A DNA stretch of 64,000 nt, from assembly GCA_020051955.1 (NCBI GenBank), contig JAGVQB010000045.1:1356-65355 (forward strand), read 5' to 3'. The position numbers and the translations under genes are program-made. A model generated the notes under the pieces. That model saw only the letters and a list, made by a program, of their open reading frames with translations. It was not told the DNA's origin and searched no databases. Below, piece after piece: positions 49,690 to 59,544 of this stretch. This stretch comes from a bacterium (GTDB taxonomy: Bacteria > Patescibacteriota > Patescibacteriia > UBA9934 > GWF2-40-263). The stretch's first letter is position 1. Each line of letters begins with the position of its first letter.

Positions 49690-49880
49690 CGACAAAGTTC
49701 AAAAAACAAATTACAACTGACAAATTACAAGCAATTTACAATGAACAAATTACAAACAAATTACAATTAACAATTTACAATAGGCGGTGCAAACAATTTC
49801 AGTGCCCCCGTTTGTAATTTGTCCAATTGTGATTTGTTAATTTGTTTCTTGCCCATTTGTCATTTGCGTTTTTGTGTGGC
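49690..49880. repeat. iteron-like array: ~8 direct copies of ACAAATTACA followed by ~6 inverted copies (TTGTAATTTG), forming a ~170 bp imperfect palindrome
   Basis: The left arm is ACAAATTACAACTGACAAATTACAAGCAATTTACAATGAACAAATTACAAACAAATTACAATTAACAATTTACAA. The right arm reads GTTTGTAATTTGTCCAATTGTGATTTGTTAATTTGTTTCTTGCCCATTTGTCATTTG. Confidence 0.7.
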
Positions 49881-49904
49881 CACTGTAGGCTTTAGGTAAG
49901 AAAT

Positions 49905-50978
49905 ATGCAGACACACGATCAGCTTCCAACAAAAGAAGACCTCTTCCCATTATTAGAAAAACTGTTTGGTTTTTCATCGATTCAGGATTTGGTTCTAATC
50001 GTCGGTGGGCATTTGAGTAAGAATTTTTTGCTTTTGGTTGGCGGAGAAAAATATTTTCTTAAACAATACCGCTACAAGCTCAACCCCGTTATACATCAGA
50101 TTAAATTCGCGGAGACTTTTTATTCGTCAAAGGGGGTAAGGGTGATAATGCCATTGCGTGATAGGTTTGATCGCCCAGCTTTTTTCTTTAATGGAAATTG
50201 GTTTAGTCTGTTTCCTTTTATTGATAAAAAGGCAATTGAAATTTCACAGCTTACTGACGACGGGCTGATGACGCTTGCGAACCAATTAGGCGTCATGCAC
50301 ACGGCCGGGAAAGATGCTGGAAAGACGACGCAGTCTCTTTTGATGTGGGATAAAAATCGTTTTAACCTCGATGTATGTGAGCTTGAAATGAAACTTGAGA
50401 GTACGGACGTGCAAGAAACAACGAACATGTTGATAGCCAGCGTCCTAGAGCAAAAAAAGAAATTCGTTGAGAAAAATATTTTTGCCCTAGAGGATATCTC
50501 TCTTCCTTTTGACACATTGCTCCACGGAGATCTTAGTTACCAGAACGTATTTTTTTCACCTGATCAGAAACAGATCGATTATGTTTTTGATTTTGAAAAA
50601 ACCGCGCGCGGGCCTCGCGCGTTCGAACTCGCTCGCTCGATATGTATAAATGTATTTGATGATGGGTGGGATGATAAACGACTTGAAAAGGCCACCTTAT
50701 TTTTGCGAGCGTATCAAGAGGTGGCCCCGATTACCTACGAGGAATTTTTAATCGGGCTTCGGGCGTATCTGGTTCTTACTGCTCACCAGCTGTGGATTGA
50801 ATGGAAGATACTTTTTTGTGGTGAAACAAAATATATTCCTCTGTTACGTTCACATAGCATTAGGATCAACCATTTGGGGGATGGCATTGATACACTGGCG
50901 ACATCAATTTATGGGAGGCAAATAGGATCACATGAATTTCCACCCCCGTCACCCCTGCCACCTGTGTCACCCTTGTAA
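49905..50978 (+). CDS. aminoglycoside/choline-kinase-type phosphotransferase family protein (APH-like) with Pro-rich C-terminal repeat
   Basis: The Brenner motif LLHGDLSYQNVFF and a downstream DFE are typical of PF01636. The C-terminus PPPSPLPPVSPL is encoded by CACCC repeats. Confidence 0.75.
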   Translation: MQTHDQLPTKEDLFPLLEKLFGFSSIQDLVLIVGGHLSKNFLLLVGGEKYFLKQYRYKLNPVIHQIKFAETFYSSKGVRVIMPLRDRFDRPAFFFNGNWFSLFPFIDKKAIEISQLTDDGLMTLANQLGVMHTAGKDAGKTTQSLLMWDKNRFNLDVCELEMKLESTDVQETTNMLIASVLEQKKKFVEKNIFALEDISLPFDTLLHGDLSYQNVFFSPDQKQIDYVFDFEKTARGPRAFELARSICINVFDDGWDDKRLEKATLFLRAYQEVAPITYEEFLIGLRAYLVLTAHQLWIEWKILFCGETKYIPLLRSHSIRINHLGDGIDTLATSIYGRQIGSHEFPPPSPLPPVSPL

Positions 50979-51043
50979 CCCTTGTAGCTCTTGTCACCTT
51001 TGTTTTTCCCTCCCTCCTCACCACACACCATTGCCACATACCA

Positions 51044-51072
51044 CCAACGGTTGACAGGCCGTTGGTTTTTTT
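51044..51072 (+). terminator. rho-independent terminator of the APH-like gene
   Basis: CCAACGGTTGACAGGCCGTTGGTTTTTTT. Confidence 0.65.
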
Positions 51073-51142
51073 GTAGGGTTCGCGTGCGAAAGGCAAAACC
51101 ATTGCCAATCATTTGGAGGGGCATACAACCCAGGAGGAAGTC

Positions 51143-51862
51143 ATGGCAACCCCAGCCCGGTTCTACCGAACGCCACACGAGTTCACAATGGCGTTCATGG
51201 CCAATGTCGCAAAGACGTCGGCCACGGCAGTGACAGGGCAACAGAAGGGGCGCCATCGGCACCGTCCTGGGAAGCCCTACGCAGGAGTATCTGGTGATGA
51301 GCTCGCAGGGAAGGTGTTCGCGAACATGCGTTCTGTCGCACGCATGATTGCGACGGTTTCAGACCCAAACCGCCCACACACGGACTGGACAGTTCGGCAG
51401 TTCGTGGCACAGACAGTGCATCTCATACACAGGGGGATCAAGAACGCCAAGCGGATGAAGGCGCTGAGGACTCACCAAACAGCTCGTGGGTACGGTTGCT
51501 CTGCGGAGCGCGTACCAGAGTTGTGGGAGGAGTTCATTCGGGATCTGCAGATGAAGATGAAGCTGGACGAAGATGATCCGCAAGAGCTGTGCGCTTGGGT
51601 CGAATACCAAGTGCGCTTCAAGATCCATCCGTTGGCGGATGGGAGCGGAAGGTTGGCCACGGCGCTCGCGGCTTGGATCATGTTCCGGGCAGGGCGTGCG
51701 ATTCCCAACTACAGCTTCCTGCAGAGAAGCGAAATGCATGCCAAGCTCCGCGAGGGCGAAGTTGCGTTTCGTGAGTACTATCTGCGGGTGTGCTTTAGTG
51801 AGGGGGGTCCAAAGGAGCTGACCCCAACGGGAACAAACCCTCCTGACGAAGCAGCCGCCTGA
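51143..51862 (+). CDS. Fic/Doc-family protein (239 aa), GC-rich, stand-alone
   Basis: AGGAGG then ATG at 51143. IHPLADGSGRLATALAAWIM fits the Fic active-site motif HPFx(D/E)GNGR. GC is about 62 %. It has its own terminator at 51886-51930. Confidence 0.7.
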   Translation: MATPARFYRTPHEFTMAFMANVAKTSATAVTGQQKGRHRHRPGKPYAGVSGDELAGKVFANMRSVARMIATVSDPNRPHTDWTVRQFVAQTVHLIHRGIKNAKRMKALRTHQTARGYGCSAERVPELWEEFIRDLQMKMKLDEDDPQELCAWVEYQVRFKIHPLADGSGRLATALAAWIMFRAGRAIPNYSFLQRSEMHAKLREGEVAFREYYLRVCFSEGGPKELTPTGTNPPDEAAA

Positions 51863-51948
51863 GGGCGAGCTGCTGGTACGACGCCGGACTGACTTACGAG
51901 CCAGTCCGTTTTCTTTTTCCGATTTTTTTTGTAGGATGTCTGTCACAT

Positions 51949-53019
51949 ATGCGTGTCCTTGGAATCGAAACAAGTTGTGATGAAACAGCGGCGGCGATTG
52001 TGTCTGAGTATGACGGTAGTTTTGTGATTGAAAAAAGCGTGCTGGCATCGCAGGCGAAGATTCACGCGCAATACGGCGGAGTAGTGCCAGAGGTTGCCGC
52101 GCGTGAGCATGCCGCGTTTTTGTTTCCGCTGTTGGAAGAGCTTGGTGTGCCGCGAGACGGCGCGGGGATTGACGCGCTCGCCGTGACTTATGGTCCTGGG
52201 CTTGTGCCTGCGTTGCGGGTGGGGGTGGAGGCGGCCAAGGCACTCGCGTGGTGCTGGGGCAAACCGTTGGTGGCAGTGAATCATTTGGAGGGGCACATAT
52301 ATAGCGTGTGGTTGGATGGGGAAGGAAAGATCCAAAATCCAGGAACCAAAATCCAAACAACGCAAAGTAACTCAGTTGAGTTTCCAGCAGTATGCCTGCT
52401 TGTGTCAGGTGGGCATACCGAGCTTGTTCTCATGCGAGATCATGGTGAGTACGAGTTGCTGGGAATGACGCGAGATGACGCGGCTGGGGAGGCGTTTGAT
52501 AAAGTCGCAAAGTTGTTGGGACTGCCGTACCCAGGTGGTCCAGAGATTTCGAAAGTGGCGCTTAATGGGAACCCACGCGCGGTTAATTTTCCAAGGCCGA
52601 TGATTGAGTCCGGGGATTTGGATTTTAGTTTTGCTGGATTGAAGACGGCGGTGAGGGTTTTTGTCGAAGGTGGGGAGGTGGGGAGGTGGGGAGGTGATTT
52701 AGATATTGCGGATATTGCCGCGAGTTTTCAGCAGGCTGTGGTTGACGTGCTTGTCTCAAAGACCTTACAGGCGGTCAAGAAAGTCGTGCCGCGCAGTGTG
52801 ATTTTGTCGGGCGGTGTGTCTGCGAACAAGTTACTTAAAGAAATACTTGAGAGCGAATTGCGTCGCGTTGCCCCAGAGATTCCATTTTATGTCCCAGAGC
52901 TTTCTCTTACTGGCGACAACGCCGCTATGATCGCGGCCGCGGGTATCATGCGCGCCAAGCGCGGGGCGTTTGCTGACCCTCTCACACTGGTCGCGGATCC
53001 GAACGCGAAATTAAACTAG
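51949..53019 (+). CDS. tsaD: tRNA N6-adenosine threonylcarbamoyltransferase (Kae1/TsaD), with two low-complexity inserts
   Basis: MRVLGIETSCDETAAAIV and the HLEGH metal-binding site. Inserts KIQNPGTKIQTTQS and EGGEVGRWGGDLDI are present. Confidence 0.92.
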   Translation: MRVLGIETSCDETAAAIVSEYDGSFVIEKSVLASQAKIHAQYGGVVPEVAAREHAAFLFPLLEELGVPRDGAGIDALAVTYGPGLVPALRVGVEAAKALAWCWGKPLVAVNHLEGHIYSVWLDGEGKIQNPGTKIQTTQSNSVEFPAVCLLVSGGHTELVLMRDHGEYELLGMTRDDAAGEAFDKVAKLLGLPYPGGPEISKVALNGNPRAVNFPRPMIESGDLDFSFAGLKTAVRVFVEGGEVGRWGGDLDIADIAASFQQAVVDVLVSKTLQAVKKVVPRSVILSGGVSANKLLKEILESELRRVAPEIPFYVPELSLTGDNAAMIAAAGIMRAKRGAFADPLTLVADPNAKLN

Positions 53020-53043
53020 ATCCATAGGACCTATTCGACCTAT

Positions 53044-53493
53044 ATGACCCATGTAATCCGCACTGAACAAGAAACTAAAAAACTCGCCGGAGAGTTTGCG
53101 CAAAAGTTGCGCGGCGGCGAAGTTGTTTTTTTGAATGGAGATTTGGGGAGTGGAAAGACGACGTTTGTGCGTGGCGTCGCGCAGTCGCTGGGTTTCCACG
53201 AGCCTGTTCGTAGCCCGTCTTTCACGCTTGTTAACCGTTACAAGGTTTCAAGTGGGGGAATCAACGAGATTGTTCACGTTGATCTTTACCGTTTGAAGAC
53301 ACCGGATGAACTTCGCGCGCTTGCGCTTGATGAAGAGATTGGAAGAAATGATGCCATTGTTTTTGTTGAGTGGCCACAAAACGCTCAAGGGCTTTTGGGT
53401 GAGTCAACTTATTCAATCGACTTTGTTATCAATGGGGATTCACGGGCGATCACTATTCGCCAACAGTCCTTAACACCTCATCAACCGATGTAA
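53044..53493 (+). CDS. tsaE: tRNA threonylcarbamoyladenosine biosynthesis ATPase TsaE (YjeE)
   Basis: P-loop GDLGSGKTTFVRG with the TsaE-typical length and order after tsaD. Its 3' end overlaps the convergent pilB-like gene by 41 nt. Confidence 0.85.
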   Translation: MTHVIRTEQETKKLAGEFAQKLRGGEVVFLNGDLGSGKTTFVRGVAQSLGFHEPVRSPSFTLVNRYKVSSGGINEIVHVDLYRLKTPDELRALALDEEIGRNDAIVFVEWPQNAQGLLGESTYSIDFVINGDSRAITIRQQSLTPHQPM

Positions 53494-55189
53494 GCCCGTC
53501 GAGAACTTTTAACACGCCGTCTTGTTGGATTGTAACCATACCTTGCTGTTTTGCGAGATCACGAACTTGATACTCTGACAGCGATTCAGAAAGCGCGGCC
53601 TTGATCTCTTCGCTCATAATTAAGATCTCGTACATTCCAAGTCGCCCTTTGTATCCAGTGCCATTGCAAGCTCCACATCCTTTTCCTTTGTAAAATTTCC
53701 ATTCTGATTCTGGCGCTACCGTTTCTCCTGAAGCAGGGGAGAGATCAGATATTGATTTTTTGACGAATGCCATTTCATCATCGTTCAGTTGGACTTCTGC
53801 TTTGCATTTTTGGCACACTCGTCGCGCGAGGCGCTGTCCGATGATCGCGTTTAACGATGGCGCTAGCAAGAACGGCTTGACTCCCATTGAAATAAAACGT
53901 GGAAGCGCGCCTGCCGCGTCGTTTGTGTGAAGCGTTGAAAGCATTAGGTGACCAGTGAGCGCGGCGTTGATAGATACGTCTGCTGTTTCAAGGTCGCGGA
54001 TTTCTCCCACCATCACGATGTCAGGATCTTGGCGCAAAATCGAGCGTAAACCGCTCGCGAAAGTGTAATCGCGAGAGTGATCAATTTGTGACTGGTTGAT
54101 TCCCTCGAGCTTGTATTCGATCGGGTCTTCAAGCGTGATGATTTTTACATCTGACGTGTTGAGCTTGCGCAATATCGCGTAGAGCGTGGTAGTTTTTCCT
54201 GAACCGGTAGGACCAGTGGTGACGATCATTCCGTGCGGCTTTTGAATTTCTTTGAGAAGCTTTTTCTCCGCGAGTGGTCGGCATCCAAGCTGCCCAAACT
54301 CAACATTGATGGAGCCCGGTTTCAATACACGCATCACGACTGACTCGCCCCATGTTGTGGGGATCGCGGAAACACGCACATCCGTATCGCCAGATTTGAG
54401 GAATATTGTGAAGCGACCGTCCTGTGGCTTATTTATGACATTGATTTTGAGCCCGCTGATAAGCTTGATGCGCGCCACGATTTTTTTCCAGAAGTCGTGT
54501 GGGAGCGTGGCAACGTCTTGTAGGACACCGTCGATTCGGAAGCGCAACGCGATCTTCTTCTCCTCTGCTTCAACGTGTACGTCGCTTGTGTCAAACTGGA
54601 GCGCCGCCGCCATGACGATTGTGATGATGTCAGTGACCGAAGCGTTGTCAACAACTTTTTGAATGTCCGTAAACGTCTTTAATTTGCTCTGAAATTTTTC
54701 GAGCTCTGCGTCCGTGACCTGTACTCCTTTTACGATCTCCTTGATTTGCGGCAGAGTATCGTAGGCTTTAATGGCGACACGTAAACTTTCTTCCGATATT
54801 TTGTAGACACCTCCATTAGCTTTGTAACGTTCTTGTAATTCAAACAAAAGATTCTTCACGCCCTCCTGGTCAGGATCGATGGAAGCGAGGCGGATCTCTT
54901 GACCGGAATAAAGAAAGCAAACGGTTTTGAGAGCCTGCGCGCGCGCAAGCGGCACAGTGCGTAAAGCCTCTGGCGAGATTGGGAACCCTTTGAGATTTAC
55001 GTAGGGGACACCCAATTGTGCTGCTTCCGATTGCGCTTCCTGTTCCTTTTCTTTCAAACGCACATCCGCCATTTTTTCCTCAAACTTTTCCACGGTGGTG
55101 CGCTCGCCGCCGTCTGACGTCGCGGTTGCTGTCGCGCCAGCGCCAGTGTACTTGAGAAGGTCTTCGATGCTTTGGATATCGTTGGACAT
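53453..55189 (-). CDS. GspE/PilB-family secretion or type IV pilus assembly ATPase
   Basis: Walker A GPTGSGKTTTLYA, Asp box, Walker B VGEIRD, the tetracysteine CQKC...CGAC and an N-terminal GSPII-like domain. No pilC, pilM or pilin genes are in the window. Confidence 0.85.
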   Translation of the reverse strand: MSNDIQSIEDLLKYTGAGATATATSDGGERTTVEKFEEKMADVRLKEKEQEAQSEAAQLGVPYVNLKGFPISPEALRTVPLARAQALKTVCFLYSGQEIRLASIDPDQEGVKNLLFELQERYKANGGVYKISEESLRVAIKAYDTLPQIKEIVKGVQVTDAELEKFQSKLKTFTDIQKVVDNASVTDIITIVMAAALQFDTSDVHVEAEEKKIALRFRIDGVLQDVATLPHDFWKKIVARIKLISGLKINVINKPQDGRFTIFLKSGDTDVRVSAIPTTWGESVVMRVLKPGSINVEFGQLGCRPLAEKKLLKEIQKPHGMIVTTGPTGSGKTTTLYAILRKLNTSDVKIITLEDPIEYKLEGINQSQIDHSRDYTFASGLRSILRQDPDIVMVGEIRDLETADVSINAALTGHLMLSTLHTNDAAGALPRFISMGVKPFLLAPSLNAIIGQRLARRVCQKCKAEVQLNDDEMAFVKKSISDLSPASGETVAPESEWKFYKGKGCGACNGTGYKGRLGMYEILIMSEEIKAALSESLSEYQVRDLAKQQGMVTIQQDGVLKVLDGLTSVDEVLRTVGE

Positions 55190-55242
55190 AAAAACTAGGA
55201 GTTCAGCCCCTAGTTTACCGCGACGACGATTCTTTCGCCAGT

Positions 55243-56226
55243 TTATTTATGCACGAGTCGAAACAATTTTGAGAAAACCTTTTTTCCATGGATCCGATGC
55301 GTACCATGTTTGTAAAATTCGTACCAAGCGCTGTATTGAAAAGTGGTGGTTGCGCCAATGAACGCGAGCATGAGGGCAATAAGGAACAAGCCGAAGAGCA
55401 GATTGGCCGCAAAGAAGAGGGAAGGTATCCCAGTGAGCAAGGTTGTAGTGAAAATGATCGCGTATGGGACAGACATCAAAGTGAGAATCAACAAGCACGC
55501 GAAGAGAGCACAGATGACAAGAGCAAAAAGAATTAATCCATATTCGAGCGTGGCGATCCAGTGTCGCGCGAATAGTCGCGTGCCCCGAGTGAACGCGTCG
55601 TGAACGCACAACCCGCGGTCAACGATTCCAAGAAGTGTGAACTGATAGACGATTTGGATCACGACTAGTGTTGGGATGAGCACTAACGCGAGCAGAAAAA
55701 ATAAGAGTGCGCTGTTGGAAGAAGTGACGACGTAGAAAGAGAATAGTGGAAGCGCCAGGAGGAACACTACTAGCGCGCTGGTGAGTTTGTTGAGGGTTGC
55801 GATTAGGAGAAGCTGAAAGAAATGTTTAGCCGCTTCTAGTTTGAGCGAGTAAAGTTTTTGCGGTTTGCTCGATTTAAGTCCCAAGATAAGTCCGCCCTGC
55901 GCGATGGTGGCGGCAACTACCAACAGCACGCAAACGAGAGTCGCGACAGTTACTGAAAGCGTGACGCGACCAGATCCAAGAATCGCCATTTTGTGGATAT
56001 AGGTGCCAACAAGCTCGTACCAGATGAACGAACTGTGCGTGAGCCCTTCGAGGAACGAGCCAGTGGTTTCGATTTTTTTCAGTGACGCGGCAACAATGTC
56101 CGCCACTCCGCCTGTTGATATGAGTGCGGCGAAGATACCAAAAACCCACAGGTTCTTTCGTTGCCACGTGAGAGCAAATGCCTCACGCAAAAACACACGA
56201 TATAGAGCTGTGGGTTTTGTAAACAT
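55243..56226 (-). CDS. polytopic membrane protein, function unknown
   Basis: 327 aa with about 8 TM helices. No confident family. Confidence 0.5.
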   Translation of the reverse strand: MFTKPTALYRVFLREAFALTWQRKNLWVFGIFAALISTGGVADIVAASLKKIETTGSFLEGLTHSSFIWYELVGTYIHKMAILGSGRVTLSVTVATLVCVLLVVAATIAQGGLILGLKSSKPQKLYSLKLEAAKHFFQLLLIATLNKLTSALVVFLLALPLFSFYVVTSSNSALLFFLLALVLIPTLVVIQIVYQFTLLGIVDRGLCVHDAFTRGTRLFARHWIATLEYGLILFALVICALFACLLILTLMSVPYAIIFTTTLLTGIPSLFFAANLLFGLFLIALMLAFIGATTTFQYSAWYEFYKHGTHRIHGKKVFSKLFRLVHK

Positions 56227-56244
56227 ATCCTCCTAATGTTTTTT

Positions 56245-58053
56245 TCAGACGAACAGTGCTTCGAACGCTTCCTTCTCCAGCGTTTCTTTTTCCAGAAGCG
56301 CGTTCGCGATTTTATCGAGCTGTGCTTTTTCTTTTTTCAGTATAGCACGCGCGGTTTCAATGGCGCCATCCACGAGCAGTTTCACTTCTTGATCTATCGC
56401 CTCCGCGGTTTTCTCCGAGTAGTTGCGTTGGTCGTGAATTTCTTTTCCCAAGAATACCAGTTCCTGCGACTCTCCGAACACTCGCGGTCCCAGCCCTTCG
56501 CTCATCCCATAGCGTGTGACGAGTTCACGAGCAAGGCGCGTGCACTTGCGCAGATCATCGGAAGCCCCAGTTGTCACATCGCCGAAAGTTTCTTTCTCGC
56601 AAATGAACCCACCAAGCAGAACCGCCATGTCGTCCAAAAATTCCGCGCGTCTGTGCAATCGGCGATCTTCCATTGGCAACTTGAGCGTGTAGCCAGCGGC
56701 TGAGCCGCGCGAAATGATCGAAACTTTATGGACAGGATCTGCGTTTGGGAGACTGTGCGCGACAAGCGCGTGGCCAGCTTCGTGATAGGCAGTGATTTTT
56801 TTCTCCTCTTTGTTCATTAGGAAACTTTTTCGCTCTGGTCCCAACAAAACTTTCTCGATCGAATCAAGCGTGTCTTCCTGGCTGACGGTCGTATCGTTGC
56901 GCCTGGCCGCGCGGATCGCCGCTTCATTCAACAGGTTCATAAGATCAGCGCCAGAAAATCCAGGGGTGCGCTCCGCGACTCGACGCAAGTTTACGTCAGG
57001 CGCGAGTGGTTTATTTTTGGCATGGATTTGGAGGATGGCTTCGCGGTCATTGATGTCTGGTAGATCCAAAATAACACGTCTGTCAAAACGTCCTGGGCGC
57101 AACAGCGCTGGGTCCAACACGTCTGGTCGGTTTGTCGCCGCCATCACGATCACTCCAATGTTTGGATCAAACCCATCCATCTCCACGAGGATTTGGTTTA
57201 GGGTCTGCTCGCGCTCGTCGTGGCTTCCTCCAAGTCCCGCGCCACGATGACGTCCCACTGCGTCAATCTCATCGATGAAGACAATGCACGGCGCGGCTTT
57301 CTTCGCGCGTCCAAACAAGTCGCGCACGCGCGAGGCGCCAACGCCCACGAACATTTCTACAAACTCCGAGCCGCTCAAATGAAAGAATGGAACGCCAGCC
57401 TCTCCAGCGACAGCTCGCGCAAGCAACGTCTTACCAGTTCCAGGGGCACCCATGAGTAGCACGCCCTTTGGAAGTTTCGCGCCGAGGTCAGCGAATTTTT
57501 TTGGGCTCTTCAAAAATTCTACGACCTCTTGCAGTTCATCCTTTGCTTCCTTCGCGCCTGCCACATCCAGGAATGTAACTTTTTGTTTGATGTCTTTCAT
57601 CTCGCGCGCGCCTGACATTCCAAACGATAACGCTCGATTGTTAGCGCCCTGCATTTGTCGGATCATGAACCAAAAAACAATGATGAGCAGAATGAGCGGA
57701 AGCAACGAGGGTAGTATGACACCCATGATGTATGAACGCGTTGTGCGATCGCTAACAGAGATGTTGGCGGTTTTCAATTGCTCGGGAGTCACGCCGTAGT
57801 CGACAAGCACCTCGGAAAGAGAGTTTGAAGATTCCTTGCGGGTCACTTGTTGCGCCCCGTCCTTCAGGGTGACTTTTACGTCAGTTCCTTCAATGGTCAA
57901 ACTCTCCACGACGCCGTTTTGTATCTCTTCCACAACTGTTGCCATGCTGACATCCACGGGCTTATCACCACTCAATGAGTAGCTTGAAAAAATGGCAGAG
58001 AGAATTACGAGCGTGACGAGCGCTATGATAATGTTTTTTGAGAGAGGCTTCAT
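56245..58053 (-). CDS. ftsH: ATP-dependent zinc metalloprotease FtsH
   Basis: AAA Walker [24 protein letters not shown], the SRF region, and the zinc site HEAGHALV. Confidence 0.95.
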   Translation of the reverse strand: MKPLSKNIIIALVTLVILSAIFSSYSLSGDKPVDVSMATVVEEIQNGVVESLTIEGTDVKVTLKDGAQQVTRKESSNSLSEVLVDYGVTPEQLKTANISVSDRTTRSYIMGVILPSLLPLILLIIVFWFMIRQMQGANNRALSFGMSGAREMKDIKQKVTFLDVAGAKEAKDELQEVVEFLKSPKKFADLGAKLPKGVLLMGAPGTGKTLLARAVAGEAGVPFFHLSGSEFVEMFVGVGASRVRDLFGRAKKAAPCIVFIDEIDAVGRHRGAGLGGSHDEREQTLNQILVEMDGFDPNIGVIVMAATNRPDVLDPALLRPGRFDRRVILDLPDINDREAILQIHAKNKPLAPDVNLRRVAERTPGFSGADLMNLLNEAAIRAARRNDTTVSQEDTLDSIEKVLLGPERKSFLMNKEEKKITAYHEAGHALVAHSLPNADPVHKVSIISRGSAAGYTLKLPMEDRRLHRRAEFLDDMAVLLGGFICEKETFGDVTTGASDDLRKCTRLARELVTRYGMSEGLGPRVFGESQELVFLGKEIHDQRNYSEKTAEAIDQEVKLLVDGAIETARAILKKEKAQLDKIANALLEKETLEKEAFEALFV

Positions 58054-58055
58054 AG

Positions 58056-59195
58056 TTACTCGATTATAGGAGCGTCAGGCGCGTCTTGTGTTGGCACCTC
58101 GAGAGGTTGATTGATAGCTTTTATGGAGAGACCAAGACGGTGTTCGTTTGGTTCGATTGAAACGATTCTAAAATCGAGTGTTTCGCCTTCTTTACCAATC
58201 TGCTCCACGTCGGTTACGGGCTTGTCAGAGAGTTCCGACACGTGAGCCAGACCGTGGATTTCAGGATCAAGCTCCACGAAGAATCCAAACGGGTTCACTT
58301 TGAGAACCTTTCCCTTCACAATATCTCCGACCTTGTAGCGTTCGCTAACCGATTCCCACGGGTCGTGTACAAGTTTTTTCATTGAGAGAAAAATTTTACT
58401 TCCTTCCAGACCGATGATTTGTGCCTGTACTGTTTGTCCTATCTTGAGGATGTCGCGTGGGTGGTCGATTCTTTGCCAGGCGATTTCGGAGATGTGCACT
58501 AACCCTTCAAGCGCGTCGAACTTTACAAAAGCTCCGAAGTCAGCAAGCGCGGTGATTTCTCCCTCAATCTTGTCGCCAACTTTATATTGCGAGATGACAT
58601 TTTTTTGCGTGTCTTCCCACACGGCCTTTTCTGAAACGATCAGCTTTTCGTCAGCCTCGTTAACATCAATCACGCGCACGCTCATTTTCATGTCCACGTA
58701 GCTTTTGAGTTTTTCGAAAATCTTATTTTTATCGCCACCACTTACGCGTGGGTAGTGATCGGGCGAGAGCTGGGAGACTGGAATGAATCCAGTGATGTTG
58801 TTGAGGCGCACGATAAGACCGCCCTTGTTGGCCTCTACGATTTTGGTTTCAACTGTTTCTCCAGTTGTAAAAAGACGACGGACGTCATCCCACGCTTTTT
58901 GCTGGCCCGCGAAACGGAACGAGAGCTCAATCTCACCATTTTCGTTTTCTAATCCAATAACCGTTGCTTCCACCTGCTCGCCTTCTTTGATGCCGGTGTA
59001 CTGTGAGGATTCAGCAAAGAGTTCCTTGCCGCGCACTACACCTGTGGCGATGCCGCTTAGGTCCAAACGGATCTCGCGACGCCCGGTGTTGATGACAGTG
59101 CCGGTGACAACGTCACCGACGGCTGGGAATTTAAGATAGAGACCGTCTGTAAGGAGCGTTTCAAGCTGGGAGCTTGAGACAGGCTGTTGAGCCAT
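58056..59195 (-). CDS. rpsA: 30S ribosomal protein S1 (four S1 domains)
   Basis: Repeated S1 OB-fold units (VGDVVTGTV..., VGDKIEGEI..., VGDIVKGKV...). Confidence 0.85.
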   Translation of the reverse strand: MAQQPVSSSQLETLLTDGLYLKFPAVGDVVTGTVINTGRREIRLDLSGIATGVVRGKELFAESSQYTGIKEGEQVEATVIGLENENGEIELSFRFAGQQKAWDDVRRLFTTGETVETKIVEANKGGLIVRLNNITGFIPVSQLSPDHYPRVSGGDKNKIFEKLKSYVDMKMSVRVIDVNEADEKLIVSEKAVWEDTQKNVISQYKVGDKIEGEITALADFGAFVKFDALEGLVHISEIAWQRIDHPRDILKIGQTVQAQIIGLEGSKIFLSMKKLVHDPWESVSERYKVGDIVKGKVLKVNPFGFFVELDPEIHGLAHVSELSDKPVTDVEQIGKEGETLDFRIVSIEPNEHRLGLSIKAINQPLEVPTQDAPDAPIIE

Positions 59196-59544
59196 AAGTG
59201 TTTTCCGTTAGGCATGTCCCCCAAAGCCTTTGCTAAGGAGGAGGGCCCAAACGGTGCTAAGAATAAGATAATGGTGGGAGTGTAGTAGAATCGGCTGGTT
59301 GCGTCAATAAATAGGGGGAGGGAATCAAGGTGGTCAAGGCTGTCGAGGTTATCAAGGTTGGGAGGGTGTTAATAGTATTCCCCCTCCTTTTCAAGGAGGG
59401 GTCAGGGGTGGTTATCCCGCACTATCTGTAAAATCTGTAAATCTGTAAGAATCTGTAATCTGTAGATAGGTAGTCTCTATGTTCAACGCGCCTCGGCTAG
59501 TCTAAAATAGACGCATAAGAATTATCTCCAGGATCCCTACTAAT

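Noticed and set aside
49690-49880. Possible CRISPR array
   Set aside because: The repeat unit is only about 10 bp with 0-3 bp between units and no unique spacers. It is an iteron or microsatellite-like array, not CRISPR. No cas genes are in the window.
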